From: Felis catus
Lineage: Eukaryota
Direction: 5' to 3'
DNA length: 64,000 nucleotides
Assembly (NCBI RefSeq): GCF_018350175.1
Contig: NC_058368.1
Span: forward strand, 165,914,001 to 165,978,000
The translations under genes and the position numbers were made by a program. This document shows positions 1 to 12,129 of the stretch, piece by piece. The notes below the pieces were generated by a model. It was not told where the DNA came from, searched no databases, and was given only the letters and a program-made list of their open reading frames with translations. Within the stretch, counting starts at the first letter, position 1; the number at the start of each line of letters is the position of its first letter.

Positions 1-165
1 ATTATATTTTAATTTGTAGTTCTGTATTATTAAAATGATGTTTGGACATCTTTTAATATTTCATTGGCCATTCATCTTTCCTCTTTTTTGCAATGACTAT
101 CAATTACCTTTGCCCATTGCATTATTAGGTAGCTTAATTTGTTACAGAATTTTGAGAGCTCTTTG

Positions 166-395
166 TTTTTTTGTTTTTTTTTTAATTTTTTTTAACGTTT
201 ATTTATTTTTGAGACAGAGAGAGACAGAGCATGAACAGGGAGGGTCAGAGAGAGAGGGAGACACAGAATCGGAAGCAGGCTCCAGGCTCTGAGCCAAGAG
301 CCCAGAGCCCATTGCGGGGCTCGAACTCACGGCCCATGAGATCGTGACCTGAGCCGAAGTCGGACGCTCAACCGATAGAGCCACCCAGGCGCCCC
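166..395 (-). mobile_element. Can-SINE (feliform SINEC type)
   Basis: Reverse of head GGGGCGCCTGGGTGGCTC, (CT)n body, T-rich tail; TSD gagagctctttg at 154-165 and 398-409. Confidence 0.97.
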
Positions 396-1046
396 AAGAG
401 AGCTCTTTGAATAACCAAGACACCAATTCTTAGTTACATATATTATAAACATTTTCTCAATTTTTCATGCCTTTCACTTTTCATTGATCATTTTATAGGT
501 GTAACCTCTTAATTTTAATATAAAGCAATTATTTTTTTATTATATGGGCTTCTATTTTTGTTATAAATCTACGCATATTTTGAGGTCAGAAACAATTCAT
601 TCATATTAATAATAACAAAAAAATCCAAATAAATTATTGCTTTCACCCTTGGCATGATTGTGAGCTTTACTAAAGTTAAGTAACTTCTGTTTAAAAATAT
701 AAATAAAGATTTGGAAAGAAGTATGCCCCTATAATAGTCCTAAACTTTATTTTATTAAATCTCCATCCTTATCCATTCAGCATATAGTCAACAGGGCCAT
801 AGCCATCCCATTTGTGCGAGGAGATCAGCAATCCTATGATATATGTTCCCACCTTCATGAGATCATACCTCAATTATCAATCAATGTTTCTTTGGAAGTT
901 TTAGGAGTGATGTGGAAAATTATCCATTTGCCTCCAGAAGCCCTAAAAAATATCTAAACAGTACATTAACTGAATTAATTCCAAAGCCCCTCTGATCCTT
1001 TGCAAATGTGTCCAGTCACATAACTCAGAGCCCTGGTTCTGCACTT

Positions 1047-1048
<2 letters not shown>

Positions 1049-1090
<42 letters not shown>
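1049..1090. repeat. (GT)n microsatellite
   Basis: About 21 uninterrupted units. Confidence 0.99.
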
Positions 1091-1092
<2 letters not shown>

Positions 1093-1194
1093 TATACATT
1101 ATATATATGATAATATAAATCTTCTCATAATACAACTTCAACCTAGATATTTCCAGTTAGAATATAAACCCCTCTGATGCAAGTTACAATCCAA

Positions 1195-1196
<2 letters not shown>

Positions 1197-1235
<39 letters not shown>
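1197..1235. repeat. (AC)n microsatellite
   Basis: About 19 units. Confidence 0.99.
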
Positions 1236-1238
<3 letters not shown>

Positions 1239-1519
1239 CACAAACAGAAAATTAAAACCTGAAATAAAAATCCTTCTTCTTTTGAATTAAAGGTTAAGAG
1301 TAATTAAATTTATATTCAAATTCTTATTATTCTTCTTTAGCCAGGTAAATGCTTGAGTCCTAAGCAAAGCTATGAAATCTTTCTGCAGCTGCAACCTTAT
1401 CACTGTGAGATAAAGCATATTTCAAGACTGTATAATGTGAATTATTTTGTCCCTATTGCTCTTATTTACTCACATTTCTAGTAAAAATTTTATTCAAGTT
1501 TAACAGGAATATAGAAAAA

Positions 1520-1520
<1 letters not shown>

Positions 1521-1566
<46 letters not shown>
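1521..1566. repeat. (AC)n microsatellite
   Basis: About 23 units. Confidence 0.99.
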
Positions 1567-1568
<2 letters not shown>

Positions 1569-1569
1569 T

Positions 1570-1810
1570 TCATGACATTAACATCTTCTATAATCAGTAC
1601 TCACCCAGAATAAGAAAAGGAGACATCACTCACACCATAAACCCCCATCATGTCTTTCCTGGTCACAATATCTTCCCCTCTAACACCAGAGAAACACCAT
1701 ATTGATATTTAACATCATAGTTTAGATTTGCCTATATTTTGAAATTCACGTAAGTGGGACCATACAGAGTATGTTCTTTTGTGTTTGACTTCATTCTCAA
1801 AGTATGCCCT
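1570..1810 (-). mobile_element. Old L1 (L1ME-like) 3' fragment
   Basis: Degenerate antisense L1 3'UTR motif ttttgaaattcacgtaagtgggaccatacagagtatg; similar old L1 sequence continues at about 2580-3300 and 1-600. Confidence 0.6.
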
Positions 1811-1938
1811 TTCATCTGCCCTTTGAAACAAAGTACTTTCTCATGTTAAGTGGCCACTGAAAACCATCCTGTGTAAAGTTCAAGACTTCTTTTTCCCATG
1901 GGTTGTCAGCCATTTTCTTATTTATTTGTAGAAGTTTT

Positions 1939-2561
1939 TTTTTTTTTGGCAGATTATTTTTTATTTTATTTTTTTTCAATATATGAAATTTATTGTCAAA
2001 TTGGTTTCCATACAACACCCAGTGCTCATCCCAAAAGGTGCCTTCCTCAATACCCATCACCCACCCTTCCCTCCCTCCCACTGCCCATCAATGCTCAGTT
2101 TGTTCTCAGTTTTTAAGAGTCTCTTATGCTTTGGCTCTCTCCCACTCTAACCTCTTTTTTTTTCCTTCTCCTCCCCCATGGGTTTCTGTTAAGTTTCTCA
2201 GGATCCACATAAGAGTGAAAACATATGGTATCTGTCTTTCTCTGTATGGCTTATTTCACTTAGCATCACACTCTCCAGTTCCATCCACATTGCTACAAAG
2301 GGCCATATTTCATTCTTTCTCATTGCCACGTAGTACTCCATTGTGTATATAAACCACAGTTTCTTTATCCATTCATCAGTTGATGGACATTTAGGCTCTT
2401 TCCATAATTTGGCTATTGTTGAGAGTGCTGCTATAAACATTGGGGTACAAGTGTCCCTATGCATCAACACTCCTGTATCCCTTGGGTAAATCCCTAGCAG
2501 TGCTATTGCTGGGTAATAGGGTAGATCTCTTTTTAATTTTTTGAGGAACCTCCTCACTGTT
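1939..2561 (-). mobile_element. 5'-truncated young feline L1 (L1_Fc type): ORF2 C-terminus and 3'UTR
   Basis: ORF 2198-2557 is the L1 ORF2 C-terminus (PAIALLGIYP...PMFIAALSTIAKLWKEPKCPSTDEWIKKLW); AATAAA at 1989-1994; poly(A); TSD tttgtagaagtttt at 1925-1938 and 2562-2575. Confidence 0.97.
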
Positions 2562-2831
2562 TTTGTAGAAGTTTTCTAATGTATTCTGACACAATTCCAC
2601 TGTTGGTACATTGCCATTATGATCCCTGAAATTTTGATTTGCCTTCTCAGCATGTTAATGTGTTACTTTTTCAAATAGACTTTCTTCAACTTACAGTCCA
2701 ATTAACTTTTTATGGTCAGAATTCTCTATCCTTTTAAGAAATACTTGTCTACCAAAAGTTCATGAAAACATAGAGATATTTTTCAACATTTTACTCAAAA
2801 ATATTTATATACTTTTCCTGTTTAGATTTTT

Positions 2832-3051
2832 TTTTTAAATTTTTTTTTCAACGTTTATTTATTTTTAGGACAGAGAGAGACAGAGCATGAACGGGGGAGG
2901 GGCAGAGAGAGAGGGAGACACAGAATCGGAAACAGGCTCCAGGTTCTGATCCATCAGCCCAGAGCCTGACGCGGGGCTTGAACTCCCGGACCACGAGATC
3001 GTGACCTGGCTGAAGTCAGACGCTTAACCGACTGCGCCACCCAGGCGCCCC
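2832..3051 (-). mobile_element. Young Can-SINE (SINEC_Fc)
   Basis: Near-consensus with CpGs retained; TSD tcctgtttagattttt at 2816-2831 and 3052-3067. Confidence 0.98.
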
Positions 3052-3481
3052 TCCTGTTTAGATTTTTAATCCATATGAAATTGATAGTTTCTTTGCAGAA
3101 TAAAAGTGAGATCAGTCCATATTCATTCATTCTGCCCAGATTAATGTCCATTTGTCTCAGTTGCATTTAGTGAAGAGATCACAGCTTCCTCTCTGAATTA
3201 AAGTGACATATTTGCCATAAATTGAACATCCATATATACATGATGTATGCATGAGTATATTCCAATGTTCTATTAGTCTTGTTTCTTAAACTACAAGTGG
3301 CAAGTATTTCAATGGAAACAAAATTATTTAACTGTGTTCTTTGCAGTATTTCCTTTTTCTAGAATTCTCGAATTCTTGCTATCTTGTTCTTGGTTGATTT
3401 AAGAGTACTAGATGCTTTAACACACACACACATGCACAGCTGCACACACACACACTTTGTATATATGAATAATACATTATT

Positions 3482-3514
3482 ATTGCTTCTTGGCCTTTTG
3501 GCTAAGATCAAGTG
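3482..3514 (+). pseudogene. U2: 3'-truncated, tailless U2 snRNA retropseudogene (U2 nt 1-33)
   Basis: attgcttcttggccttttggctaagatcaagtg versus U2 ATCGCTTCTCGGCCTTTTGGCTAAGATCAAGTG: 31/33 match, both changes CpG>TpG; direct repeat tgaataatacattatta at 3466-3482 and 3513-3529. Confidence 0.95.
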
Positions 3515-5079
3515 AATAATACATTATTAACTATATGTATCATTTTAATATCCTGTTCTACAATGAAAGTTGCATAGTAAAGGCAGAAGACACAAAAACT
3601 TGGCAAATAACCTTGCCAGAACTCAGTACATCTCTGCAGAACAATCCCAGCACCAAAGTTCTCTGTGGGTTTTTGGCTGAGGCATTTGGGACTTGATAGC
3701 AGTCCAACTTTTTTCCTCTGTTCAATCATGTTTCTTTTAGTCACCCACAGGAATTGTCTCAGAGCCTGATTTCTAGTGAATATGACCTGTGATATAGATA
3801 AGGTACACACAGACACACAGACACACATACACACACATACACAATTTGCATTTGTGCATTTGTGTTCATCTGTTCTTCCTAAGCAACTTTACTGTAACTA
3901 GAACTTGCTATCTCTGTGCCTTGCTTTGTTTGCATAGAGTAGAAAAAGTTAAAAAGGTACCCAAGATAATCAGAAATCACATCATTAGTCCTACATTTGC
4001 CATTTCAGAAAACATATCAATCCTTGGCTTCTAGAGAAGTTGTCCCATAAAGATTTTATGTGAGGGGTTCAGTGCTTGGTAATGGAGTGGTGGTGGTCCT
4101 GGTTGTCAGGGCCTATATGAAGTGCCTTTGTTTCCTATTCAGCCTACTCAATGAAATGTAAGATGTGAACTCTGCCTATCACAGTGAATGAGAATTTTAA
4201 GGTAAAACTGCACTAGTGTTATCAGTACATGTGACACAAGCAACCTTTCTGCTCAACAAACATAAAAAGATATGATACTATCTCTGCCAAGCTTATTATC
4301 CAGACATAGCTGCACCTGTGTTGTTCCACATCAATGTTCTAGAAAAGCCTACTTCATTTGGCTAAGATAGCTACTATGAACTACACATTTTCTGAGGTCA
4401 AGGTGACTGGTATATATGCTTATTCTGCAATGGCCTATAGGTAGCTGCTGAGAAAAGCTTCTTTATGTTTTCTGAGATGCTAGATTTTACTTACATGAGA
4501 TCTTCAACTTTTTTAAGTTCAGCAATTAAAATCTGATGCACATAGCTGTCTGAAATAGCTACTAGGTTATGGCCAAATATGCCATAAAATGCACTGATTT
4601 GCCAACTTGAAAATACTGCTTGTTTGGCATTTAATGCCTAATGCCACATGCCCAGATTCTAACAGTCAAAACCAAACAGCACAACAATTTAAGTGAGCCT
4701 CATGATTACAAAATACTGCCAAAAGCCAACTGTTTAAAGGGTAAAGCCATATACCCTCTACTCGAAAAGAGTCGTTATGTTTTGCACCTCCAAATAGCTA
4801 TCTTTTTTAACACTGTTCTGATTTAAATTATTCCCCAAATCTTCAGGAATAGAGCCTGCCCTTGTAACAGTATGAAATAAAGAACAGAATGTATGCTACC
4901 AATGGCTGACTTACTCAAAAGAGGAAGAGGAAACAGATAAAAGCTTGATATATCCATTGCCTCCCTCGAAACTTAACAATTAGATATGTCACTCTAGATT
5001 GTTATACTATAAATTACTGGATTCTATTTGATTTCACAGCTATTCTAATCTCATAAAAATACTTCTATATTCTCTGGAA

Positions 5080-5960
5080 GATTCTGTGGAAAATAATTTT
5101 CTCTTTGTTGAATATCTGGTTGATATTGTCTATAAAATTATTTGAAACTAGTATTTTGTATTTTTGTATAAAATGTGTAAAAGGGATATGTTTGTTTAAC
5201 ATATGTAAAAGGGTAATACCTGAAAAACTATTTCCTTCATTATGGGCATGTGTTCTCTATGTTAATTATTCATCTTTTTTCACTTCAATGACTTTTTTTT
5301 CTTAATGTGCTGTTTATTGAGAGAGGCAAGCTGAAACCTATTATAATTATGATTTATTGAATTTTCATCATAAACCTCTAATTTTAGATTTCTGCATTTT
5401 GAGGTTATCCTATTGGGTATATATAAATTTAAAATGTTATATTTTCTTCTTAAGTTTAAGTGTTTCCCTTTATATCACGACAATCTTTACCTAGATAAGG
5501 TGTTTTAATCCTTGTATCTATTTTGTCACATAGAATAATATATACAGAGAGGCTTTCAATTTGCTAGTATTAACCAGTTATTTCTGTTTTTAAATCTTTA
5601 ATACAAAAGTTTCAGTGTTTCTAGATTTTATATGAGTCTCTAGCAATTAGCAAAAGAGTAGAAGTTTAAAAATCTACTCTCAAAATATTTGTTTACTTAT
5701 CAGCTATTTTATCTCCTTTAAGGTGCTTGTCATTACTCACAAATTTAAATTTGTTGCCTATGACTTATTTTGTCTCCATTTGTTTCATATTTTCTATTTC
5801 ACTTATTTTTTTTGTTTCCACCATATTAGGATTTGATGGAGCACATTTTCATAATTCACAGACTTCTACCAATCTGCAAGTCATATATTCTACTTATTTT
5901 CTAATAGTATTTAAAAACAATATATATGTTTATACTAATAACCTAAAATAAATCAATACT
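5080..5960 (-). mobile_element. Highly diverged L1 ORF2 fragments
   Basis: T-rich antisense L1-like motifs such as ttttgaggttatcctattgggtatatataaatttaaaa and tatctattttgtc. Confidence 0.55.
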
Positions 5961-5989
5961 TACTCTGAACAAGAGATTCACAGGGGGGA

Positions 5990-7135
5990 AAAAAAAGAGA
6001 CCAATTCTAGATTTGGTACAGAAAGGTAAAAGATAATCCTGAAATTTCTTGTCATACCACAAAGAAAGAGAACACTTAAAGAGCATTAAATTATACCCGA
6101 AGGACTAAGGAAACAAAATGAGGGGATTCTTCCCTTTGAGCAAAGATCAGACAAATTGATCATCAACAAGAATTACACTTCAAGTGAAATTAAAAACATG
6201 AAATGTGTGTTAACGCTTGAGTTTATAATGGTACTAAAAGAAAACAGTAATGGTAGGAGGGTACTGAATGTTTAACTATTTTGAAAACTGATTCCAGTTT
6301 TTCTGCCTTTCTATAAAAAGGGCACCTTAAAGGAACCAAAGAGCTGATTACACCAGATAATTTCTCTTCATAAAGTAATTTTGTATGTAAAAGGGAATTT
6401 TAAAATAAGAATATCATAATTTTGCAGGCCCTAGTTAAAGGATGGTTCTAAACAATAATATTAAGTGTTTGCTAATATCACAAAAATGAGACAGTGAATT
6501 GAAATCAGAGCAGCACCTTGAAATGATCTAGTCAAATTACTGAAGTCTTGAGGTCCTTCTACCAATGTACAGAAATTACACATGACAGAAAAACCTGTTA
6601 GATGTGTTAAATGATAGCTTGGGGATATAATTAGCAAAATCCAATTCTCAGAAATTTTGTCAAACATATGACCCCATTCATTCAATAAGTAAACTGTAGC
6701 ATACCTACACACAAATGCATACACACACACACACACAGAATCCACAGTTCAAACTTACAATTTAAATGTGTAATAGATATATAAACATGTTTGGATGTAT
6801 AAACCTTCTCTGATTCTTGAAGCAAATAAACTGTTAAAAAGTATGACTTCATCAGGGAAACTTGGACATGTATTGACTATTTACTGATAATTAATCTATT
6901 TTAAGCATTATAATAGTTTATTTTACCAAATTCTTATATAATATTTTTTATAAAATGACACAGATCCTAGAATTCACTTCAAATTAATCTAATAGGGAAT
7001 TTCTAATGGATGAGATAATAGTTCAGACAAGATGAGCCATGCTTTGATAACTGCTAAAAGTAATGATAGATGTATATAAGAGGTTGTTACAAGATTTTTC
7101 CATTTTGGAATATGTACAAGGTTGTTCATATTAAA
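5990..7135 (+). mobile_element. L1MC-like 3'UTR
   Basis: Resembles L1MC3/L1MC4 3' end (agataatcctgaaatttcttgtcataccacaaag ... gatgagccatgctttgataactgctaaaag). Confidence 0.65.
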
Positions 7136-7147
7136 AGCCTTTTATTT

Positions 7148-7369
7148 AAAAAAAATTTTTTTCCCAACGTTTTTATTTATTTTTGGGACAGAGAGAGACA
7201 GAGCATGAACGGGGGAGGGGCAGAGAGAGAGGGAGACACAGAATCGGAAACAGGCTCCAGGCTCCGAGCCATCAGCCCAGAGCCTGACGCAGGGCTCGAA
7301 CTCACGGACCGCAAGATCGTGACCTGGCTGAAGTCGGACGCTTAACCGAATGCGCCACCCAGGCGCCCC
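7148..7369 (-). mobile_element. Young Can-SINE (SINEC_Fc)
   Basis: Near-consensus; TSD agccttttattt at 7136-7147 and 7370-7381. Confidence 0.98.
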
Positions 7370-7396
7370 AGCCTTTTATTTTTAAAGCTCAATCGT

Positions 7397-7566
7397 GGGG
7401 TCTCTGGGTGGCTCAGCTGATTGAATGTCCAACTTTGGCTCAGGTCACCATCTTACCATTCACAGGTTCAAGCCCCACATTGTGCTCTGTGCTGAATGCT
7501 CAGAGCCTGGAGCCTGCTTCAAATTCCGTGTCTCCCTCTCTCTCTGCCCTTCATTCACTCATGTTT

Positions 7567-7600
<34 letters not shown>

Positions 7601-7640
7601 TCCCTCTCTCTGTCAAAAATAAATATTAAAATTAAAAATT
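7397..7640 (+). mobile_element. Older Can-SINE
   Basis: Head ggggtctctgggtggctcag, (CT)n, A tail; diverged TSD taaagctcaatcgt / taaagatgaatcct. Confidence 0.95.
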
Positions 7641-7959
7641 AAAGATGAATCCTTATGTGTACTATTTTTGTGTTTGTTCATACAGTGGGAATTTCTTTGG
7701 TCAGAGTTTATTAATAGTAAATTAGCTCAGTTTTTATTTGTCTGCAATTTTTCTTAATCCTTAAACTAAAGGTAATTTTGCTTTCTTTGGTAACAATACT
7801 ATGAAAGGAGAAATGAGAGGGCAATTTTCTGCCTGCCTTTTTACCATCTCTATTGTGCACCGAAGAAAGTTCATTTCTGAGGGTTAATTCCTCTCATCCT
7901 TCGGGGTTGTATCATCTGGCAGCTACTAACTAATCAAGATCCTTACTCTAAATTGTGCC

Positions 7960-8105
7960 ATATTCCTCAAGTCAGAAGTAGAGTAGTTAATTGTTTATTG
8001 TTTATCTACTCCACTAGAATGTAAGTTGTATGAGTAGCAAAGTTTTTTTTTTCCTTTCTCTACAACACACCCCTACCAATTATAACAGAGCTTGTCATAT
8101 GGTGA
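7960..8105 (+). mobile_element. L2 3' fragment
   Basis: gtttattgtttatctactccactagaatgtaagttgtatgag resembles the L2 3' end. Confidence 0.65.
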
Positions 8106-8108
8106 ACT

Positions 8109-8110
8109 GA

Positions 8111-8154
<44 letters not shown>

Positions 8155-8163
8155 AAAGAAAGA
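8109..8163. repeat. (GAAA)n tetranucleotide repeat
   Basis: About 12 perfect units plus degenerate end. Confidence 0.98.
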
Positions 8164-10984
8164 ACCTGAAAATCAATGAATAAACTTTGTTATATGGGAA
8201 AATTTTACCCAAAGCTATTTATATAAATCTCTTTAGTGATATAAGTATCAAAATTATGTTTTTATTGTTTCCTGTGTAACTAAAGAAATACAGAAAAAAA
8301 AACACCCAAGGTTATTTCTAATTAAATATTATTGTTATGAGATAAATAATATAGTTAATATTATCATTCATGATTTTCTACTTGAGTTATTTTCTTTAAA
8401 AGAATTAAGAAACTGTACAGTTATTTAAATTTTTTTTAAATTAGGAAGAGTAATATGATCTACACCAGACATTCTAGATGAAATACCATTGTAAATTCAT
8501 TCCTGATTGACTGAAGAATGCCATTTTCTCCAGCATCACTATGATTCGTGGACCATAGAAAAATAACAAAAACAGCTTTGGAGAGGACCACAAAGGAATT
8601 TTATCTTTATCATAAGTTTGATAGGAATATTTAAGTCCCAGACATGTGGTAATGTTTAGGGGGGGGGGTGAGGGAACTCATTTAACACTTTATGATTTCC
8701 ATAAACAGAAATACTTGGAATATTTTTAGGGAAAATGAATTTCTGGCAATCTATCACAGTTTTAAACTCTGGCAACCAAGATTGGTTCCTTTACACTACT
8801 TGAAATACATTTTTCCAAAATTATTAGTATTTTGATAATTTCTTTTGATGCCACTGAAAAAAAGAAACACAGAAACCCAAAACAAGACTGTTGTGAAAAA
8901 ATACTACATAGATTCTAAGAATAGAAATTAAAAGTTTTTGACATATCTTTATAATTATTCACTATAATTAATTTTCATAATTTTGAAACTAATCATTGAA
9001 TAAGTGATGGATGTACCATCAATTGTAAACAACCTAAAAACCCTATCAACCACGCTGCAGTCAATTAAACTGGTGTGCATAAATGCAGCAAGACTTTCCA
9101 ATGCTTTATTCTCAGACTATTCATGAGTGTAATAGACCGTGCTATTTCAATGCAAAATGCAGTCAGCTCTTTATTATCCTCACTAATGGTGCAGATAATC
9201 CAAAGTGTTAGATAATCCCCAAACCATTTATTGTGGCATAGAAATAGGCCTTTTAAGGTTAAAAAAATCCTTTTTAAAATTGGAGTTGATTTATCCACTG
9301 AGAGTTAGACACATCTGAGACCTTTCTGCCCTTGCATCCAGCAGACAGGGATGAAGTTTCTCCTAGCTCTGTATTAATGCGACAGCTTTTAGTCCATATT
9401 TTGATTCAATGAGGCATTATTTGGCAACACTTTCACAGACTGTGTGATTGATTGATTGATTGATTTTTACTTAAGTTTCTAAATAAGAGACAGGTATACA
9501 TTTTTTTTTTCCATAAAAGTAATGGATTCAAATTTCTTCTAGGACTTGTCATCTTGTCCTTGAACTAAATAACAAACTTTTGAATTAGGGTTTGAGAAAA
9601 AATATTATACTCATTCTTCCACCACCAGTCTTCCATATACTCTTCTCTGTGTTATATAATATTTCCCTTTACCTAATTGGCACCCAGTAAATGTGCATTA
9701 TATTATTCAAAATTGAACAGCAGGATAAGTTTTCGTTGTAAGAATCCCTCCTTTACAGAGCCACGATTCAGAAGGGTGCTACAAATTCTTTTATAAGAAA
9801 AGTTAACTGAGAAAACTAGGGCACAAAGAGATGAATTAACTTGCTAAAGGTCAAGAAAAGAGAAAGAGTAGGTATGTTGTTTTTTTTTTTAATATGGTGT
9901 TTTAGTCAAAGGAATGCTAGAATGTTCTGCATAATGTTTGGTAATCCCACCCAATTTCTACTTGAGTTTGAATTTATTTGAATTCTAGGATCCTCCCTGT
10001 TTTATGTGTTCTTCTACCCCAAGAATGGTAAATTCTGGCTGAAAATTTGCTTGGCCTTTTTTAGCATTAGTTTGTTTCCCTGAACAGAAACTCATGGGCT
10101 ACAGGAGAAGACCATTTCAGAAGTGTACTTGATAACTGAGGTATATTAGCTGGAGATTTCACATTAATTATGGGAAATCACAGAAAAAAAATAATCATTT
10201 ACTAGAGAGCATTTATTTCTCTTTTGCTTCCTTGTGACCACAGAAAAATATGTATTGAAAATTACATTTTCCATTCAATTGTACCTAAGTGTTATGCCCA
10301 GTCGAGTGCTTATTCTATTCTGTAATTAGAGAGAGAGCAATTAGAAATTGGTGTCTATAATTACTCAATTTAATATTTATTACATACCAATGCTTAAAAA
10401 AGGGAGCTTCATCTGGGTCACTATTAAAATGAGGCTTAGGATATTTAAAATCACCACATGCTAAAGAAAAGCTACACTGATATTTAGGAAACTCATTAAC
10501 ACTAACTAATAATGATGTTTTAATCATGAAAGATATGCATAAGGAATAAAATTTACTATTTACTAAGAATTTTATTATTGCTGAATATTATAACAAATTC
10601 AATCCCAAATAAAACCACAGATACAATATTTAAATTGTAAAGGAACAATATTTTAAACCACTCACTGAATGACCTTTTAGAAACTGGCTACTACCCTTAG
10701 CACACAAGCAAGTATCTTCTTCTTTATTAATAGAAGGAGTTCTCCTGTTTGCTATGTATGGTAGGAAAATGGGAACATATCCCTTCAAAACACTCCCTAC
10801 CGCTACCTCATGGTCAAACATATGGCACCTAATATTAGGTGAATAACATGAAATCATCAATATTTGACCATTTTTGAACTAAAGAAACTTGACAGTCTAT
10901 TCTAGTTGAGAATGTGGTAAAGGTCCCTTTAGGATTAAGATTAAATATAACATTATTACTTTCTAAGAATGAAAGTCATCAATA

Positions 10985-11200
10985 ATTATAAATAACATTT
11001 ATTGAGAATTTACCAAATTCTGGGAATTTTTGCATTAACTATCTCTCTTCATTTACCAGTATCCTAGTCGGTAAAAATTGTTATTATCCTTATTTTACTA
11101 ATCAAGAGAACTGATTTTCAGAGAGTTTAAATAACCTGACTTAGATTAGAAACCATAAATAAGAAACAGTATAAGTCTTTTAGCTCATGCTTTTTTTCCT
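10985..11200 (-). mobile_element. MIR
   Basis: ttattatccttattttactaatcaagagaactgattttcagagagtttaaataacctg resembles the reverse MIR core. Confidence 0.7.
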
Positions 11201-12129
11201 ATTATGATATTGAAACATATTTTTCCTATAAATGAGAAGCCATGTTTCATGATGATGTTAACCTACATCTTATTTTATATATAAAATGGAGAAAAAAAAA
11301 TTCTCTCTGGGACATGGAAGTCTCCAGAAATTTTTCCCTCCCTCGGAAAAGCCAGGACTTAGTATCCGCAAGGAAAGATATTCTCTTTGTTATGTAAGTA
11401 CTGCTTCTGGTTGGATTAGCAGGCACCTAAGGCTAAGGCATTGTAAAAGAAAAGAAAGGGCTGAGAAAGGTAAACTTCATTATTTTGTTGAGAGAGTTAG
11501 GGCATTCCTAGGAGGGATGAATGACCAAGACCATCAGAAATAAGGGGAGGCGTATTATTTACCTAACAAGTGCAGTAGAAGACAAACTAGAGGTAAGGGG
11601 AAGCATCCATAAGGGACACGCTTCCAAATGCCTAGAAAACATTCACATCACTCCTAAAGGCCTAGATGTTAAGGAAGTGCCTTTGCATGGCAGAACAGAG
11701 CTCTGGCACCAAAAGTCTGTTCGATTTTTAAAGTAAAGTAATGCTTTAAATTTTATCTGGATCTTTTGTCATTCCCATTCAAGGGAAGTGGCTGAGGTAG
11801 TGTTCTAAACATTGCTGGGGTGAACCCTACCTGATTACCATTTAATACACATATAACTGCAACTGTATCTCAGGCTACCTGGGGGCAGAGGATCTACTAC
11901 AGTATTGATATTACTTACTAAAAGGATGTGTAAAAATAATCTCTCCTGAGAAGACAGCTAGGGCAAAAGGAAACTGAGTAGAAAAAGGATTTACATAAAA
12001 CTATTCACTCCCAGTGACTTTATCTTATACTTTCTCTTCTCTTCTTATACTTTCTCTTATGAATTCTCTCAACAGCCAAACTTTTGGGTAGACTTGTGTT
12101 AATTTAAATTTGCTTTCTCTACCTGCTCA

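Noticed and set aside
10666..10828. Possible 163-nt minus-strand exon with a gtgagt donor and an open frame
   Set aside because: Poor polypyrimidine tract and no recognisable protein; expected by chance in 64 kb.
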